DNA of 64,000 nucleotides from Desulfurivibrionaceae bacterium (GTDB lineage Bacteria; Desulfobacterota; Desulfobulbia; Desulfobulbales; JAGXFP01): NCBI GenBank assembly GCA_046484585.1, contig JAWOIQ010000210.1, positions 12,238 to 76,237 of the forward strand, read 5' to 3'. Shown piece by piece: positions 61,582 to 64,000 of this stretch (position 1 is its first letter; each line of letters starts with the position of its first letter). The notes under the pieces were generated by a model. It saw only the letters and a program-made list of their open reading frames with translations, ran no database searches and was not told where the DNA came from. The position numbers and the translations under genes were made by a program.

Positions 61582-62310
61582 TCAGCGATTAAATACCTTG
61601 AGGCTGAAACGGTATTTGTCGAAGGAAAAGACAACCCCCTCCTCGGTAATCTCTTCAAGGGTCAGCCCTTGTCCTATGGTGTGGCCTTCCCGCATGATCC
61701 GGCCGTTGATGCTGGCCATCCTGGCCGAAGGGGTTTTGGAGTAGTAATGGGCGGCGATACCTAAATCAGGCAGAGCGTTTCGTACATTAGCCGGCAGATC
61801 GGCATGGGAAACGGTGGGACGCGCGTCATCTTCGCGGAAGCCGTCAAAAGGCTGCTCGCTGAATTCCCGGTCAAAATCGTCCTCGCTGGCCGGGACGGCA
61901 TCGTTCTGGGCAAGGTCGCCCGGCTCGGCCGCAACCGTCGGTTCGGCTATTTCCGGGACTTTCGGGGCGTTCATCGGCAAGATTTGCTTGATTAACCGGG
62001 TTTTTTCAGGTTGTTCGGGGGGGGCGGCCTGCCCGCCGATCCCGGTTTCGGCGGCATCGGCGGCCACCTCCCCGACAATCTCTTCCGGAGAGGTGGCCGC
62101 GGTTATTGGGGCTGCCGGAGGCGAGGGTTGCCGTAAGAGCGCCCAGAGATTTACCGCCAGAATCAAGAGCAAAACAGAGCCGATCACCAGGATGCGAACC
62201 CGTCTGTTCGACCTTGCCGGGGTGGGATCGCGGAGACTGTTGAGGTCGGGAACTTCTCCCTGTTTCCTTTCCTGCTCCGATTTTTTTAAGGCATCGAGGA
62301 TATAGGACAT
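61582..62310 (-). CDS. gspB: GspB/ExeB-like type II secretion accessory protein
   Basis: It begins MSYILDALKKSEQER, has a single TM segment (ILVIGSVLLLILAVNLWALL) and a Pro/Ala-rich linker. The C-terminus is T2SSB-like: LPDLGIAAHYYSKTPSARMASINGRIMREGHTIGQGLTLEEITEEGVVF. ATG 62310 follows GGAG; the track's GVG-type start at 62316 (GTG) overlaps the gspA stop. Confidence 0.8.
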   Translation of the reverse strand: MSYILDALKKSEQERKQGEVPDLNSLRDPTPARSNRRVRILVIGSVLLLILAVNLWALLRQPSPPAAPITAATSPEEIVGEVAADAAETGIGGQAAPPEQPEKTRLIKQILPMNAPKVPEIAEPTVAAEPGDLAQNDAVPASEDDFDREFSEQPFDGFREDDARPTVSHADLPANVRNALPDLGIAAHYYSKTPSARMASINGRIMREGHTIGQGLTLEEITEEGVVFSFDKYRFSLKVFNR

Positions 62311-62312
62311 CG

Positions 62313-63881
62313 TCACTCCGCAAGGGTCGGGCTTTGGCGGCCGATACTCGAGTTAAGATGGATAAGGGTTTCCGGCCCGGCGATACCATCGGCCATTAAT
62401 CCTTCCTTTCTTTGATAAGCGATGATCAGCCGGGCGGGATCGTCGGCAGGTTCCCGGCGGCCGACCACGGTACTGACCGCGCCGGCCAGCCATTCCAGCT
62501 GGGGGCTGTCTATTCCGGGGGCGATCGGTTTGCGGTAGCCCGCCGGCGGCCGCCAGAGAAGGGAGTAGGAGCCGAACCACTGCTTCTCAAGGGCGGCGGT
62601 GCTCAGGGAAACCTCCCGGGAATCCATAAGCAGAGTGGCCCGGTTTTTGGCGAGTTTCAAGAGGGGGGCGTGGAATATTTCTCCCTGTTGATCGACCAGC
62701 TGCAGAACCGCCGGGCGGTCGAGATGGCGCAGGCTGCCCAGACTGCCTTGTCGTTCCAGGCAGGCCAGACCCTGGTCGGCGGCCTGTTCACAGGGAGACG
62801 CATCTAGTTCCCCACGGTAGGTTATGTTCCAGCTCTTGAATAAGGCGGCAAAGGCCAGGTTGTAGCTCTCGGCGGAGGAGATCCCTGCCGGCCGGGCAAG
62901 GATTGTGGTTTCGTCAAGATCTTCCTGGAACGCTTCGCCGGGAGCGGGCGGGGCGGGGCGGGCCTCCTTGTCCCTTGCCCCGTTCAGTCCGCCGCTGAAA
63001 AGTACCGCGATGACCAGGGAAAGCGCGAAAAGGGCGGGGACCAGCCATTTATAGATTTTTCTTCCTCCATCCTCGCCGAAAACCTCCCGGGCGGCCTTCT
63101 TCACGGTGAGATGATCGACTTTTTCGCGTCCTTCCGCGTAGGTGCCGAGCAGGGTCCGGTCGCAGATGATATTAATCAGACGTGGAATGCCGTTGGTCAG
63201 CCGGTATATCCTGTTGACCGCTTTGTCGGGAAAAAGTTTTTTGTGATGGCCGGCCACCCCCAAACGATGGTTGATGTAAGGCGCTATCTCTCGGCGCTCC
63301 AAGGGCCCCAGGTGATATCTGGCGGTGATTCTCTGGGCCAGCTGGCGAAGTTCGGGGCGGGCCAGCTGGTCGCGCAGCTCCGGTTGACCGAGCATGACGA
63401 TCTGTAACAATTTGCGCTGGTTGGTCTCCAGATTGGTGAGCAGCCTGATCTGTTCAAGGACTTCCGGGGCGAGATTCTGGGCTTCGTCGATGATCAGCAC
63501 CGTTTTCCGGCCCCCGGCATGGGCGTCGAGCAGGTAGCGGTTAATATTATCGACCAGGGCCTTGATGCTGGCCGGCGCCGGGGGATAATCTATCTCCAGT
63601 TCATCGCAAACCGTGGCCAACAGTTCCGCCGCGGTCAATTTCGGATTAAGGACGAAGGCGACATCCAGCTCTTCCGGCAACTGTTCGAGCAGGCAGCGGC
63701 AGACCGTGGTCTTGCCGGTGCCCACCTCGCCGGTTAAAAGCACGAAGCCGCCTTCGGTCTTAAGGCCGTACATCAGATGGGCCAGAGCCTCCTGATGCTT
63801 GCTGCTCATGTAGAGGTAGCGGGGATCAGGCGCTATCGAGAAGGGGTTTTCGTTCAGGTTGAAGTGCTTGCTGTACATCAA
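62313..63881 (-). CDS. gspA: GspA/ExeA-like AAA ATPase with C-terminal peptidoglycan-binding domain
   Basis: The N-terminus is FNLNENPFSIAPDPRYLYMSSKHQEALAHL. Walker A is GEVGTGKTT and Walker B is VLIIDEAQNL. There is one TM segment. The C-terminus LIIAYQRKEGLMADGIAGPETLIHLN is PG_binding_1-like. Confidence 0.85.
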   Translation of the reverse strand: MMYSKHFNLNENPFSIAPDPRYLYMSSKHQEALAHLMYGLKTEGGFVLLTGEVGTGKTTVCRCLLEQLPEELDVAFVLNPKLTAAELLATVCDELEIDYPPAPASIKALVDNINRYLLDAHAGGRKTVLIIDEAQNLAPEVLEQIRLLTNLETNQRKLLQIVMLGQPELRDQLARPELRQLAQRITARYHLGPLERREIAPYINHRLGVAGHHKKLFPDKAVNRIYRLTNGIPRLINIICDRTLLGTYAEGREKVDHLTVKKAAREVFGEDGGRKIYKWLVPALFALSLVIAVLFSGGLNGARDKEARPAPPAPGEAFQEDLDETTILARPAGISSAESYNLAFAALFKSWNITYRGELDASPCEQAADQGLACLERQGSLGSLRHLDRPAVLQLVDQQGEIFHAPLLKLAKNRATLLMDSREVSLSTAALEKQWFGSYSLLWRPPAGYRKPIAPGIDSPQLEWLAGAVSTVVGRREPADDPARLIIAYQRKEGLMADGIAGPETLIHLNSSIGRQSPTLAE

Positions 63882-64000
63882 AGCCTATCCGCTGAGTTTT
63901 AGTATTACCTTGGAAAGGCAATATAAACTTTTTTCAACGGTTTGGCCCGATTAATTGCTGAGCGATTGAAAGGTTGGATGATTCGTAACCGTTCAGCAGC

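Noticed and set aside
61083-61658. Full 191-aa version of the PilZ ORF
   Set aside because: Its first 26 codons overlap the 3' end of gspB (ends at 61582), and the N-terminal 63 residues look like non-coding read-through. An internal ATG with an AGGGA Shine-Dalgarno-like sequence, just before the RxxxR motif, is preferred.

Overview
One uninterrupted + strand ORF dominates the window (1-35907, at least 11,968 codons, about 56% of the window). Its N-terminus lies upstream of the window. It encodes a giant extracellular multidomain protein with LVIVD-type beta-propeller blades, IPT/TIG and other Ig-like domains, DxDxDG Ca-binding repeats and four PPC-like domains. It ends in an array of seven diverged Gly-rich modules of about 440-490 aa each. 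Downstream on the same strand are two lipoprotein chaperone genes (a parvulin PPIase and a SurA-N-like paralogue) and a 1,596-aa secreted Ig-like protein carrying two dockerin-type modules. Next come an Avd/S23p-type four-helix-bundle gene and a 2,757-aa signal-peptide-bearing Rhs/YD protein with a DUF2235 (Tle1-like lipase) tip. The Rhs gene is followed by an immunity-like gene and a decayed array of orphan tips and immunity genes in an AT-rich patch (51.0-54.9 kb). Every intergenic gap between 35.9 and 43.6 kb is filled by an unusual family of heptamer-based inverted tandem-repeat hairpins (GTTTCTG-type arm, AACCAGA-type arm). Related heptamers also occur in frame inside both rhs copies. The right third (55-64 kb) looks like ordinary chromosome: a twice-frameshifted Sir2/CobB pseudogene, a small Cys-rich ORF and a PAS protein. 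It also holds a GEMM-I (c-di-GMP class I) riboswitch preceded by a sigma54-like promoter and driving a secreted Cys-rich protein, then comM/yifB, a PilZ protein and gspB-gspA (exeBA). I recognised no rRNA, tRNA, CRISPR array, intact transposase, reverse transcriptase or T6SS gene. The lineage guess is a deltaproteobacteria-like diderm, which is inference only. All domain calls come from motif recognition by eye; no searches were run.
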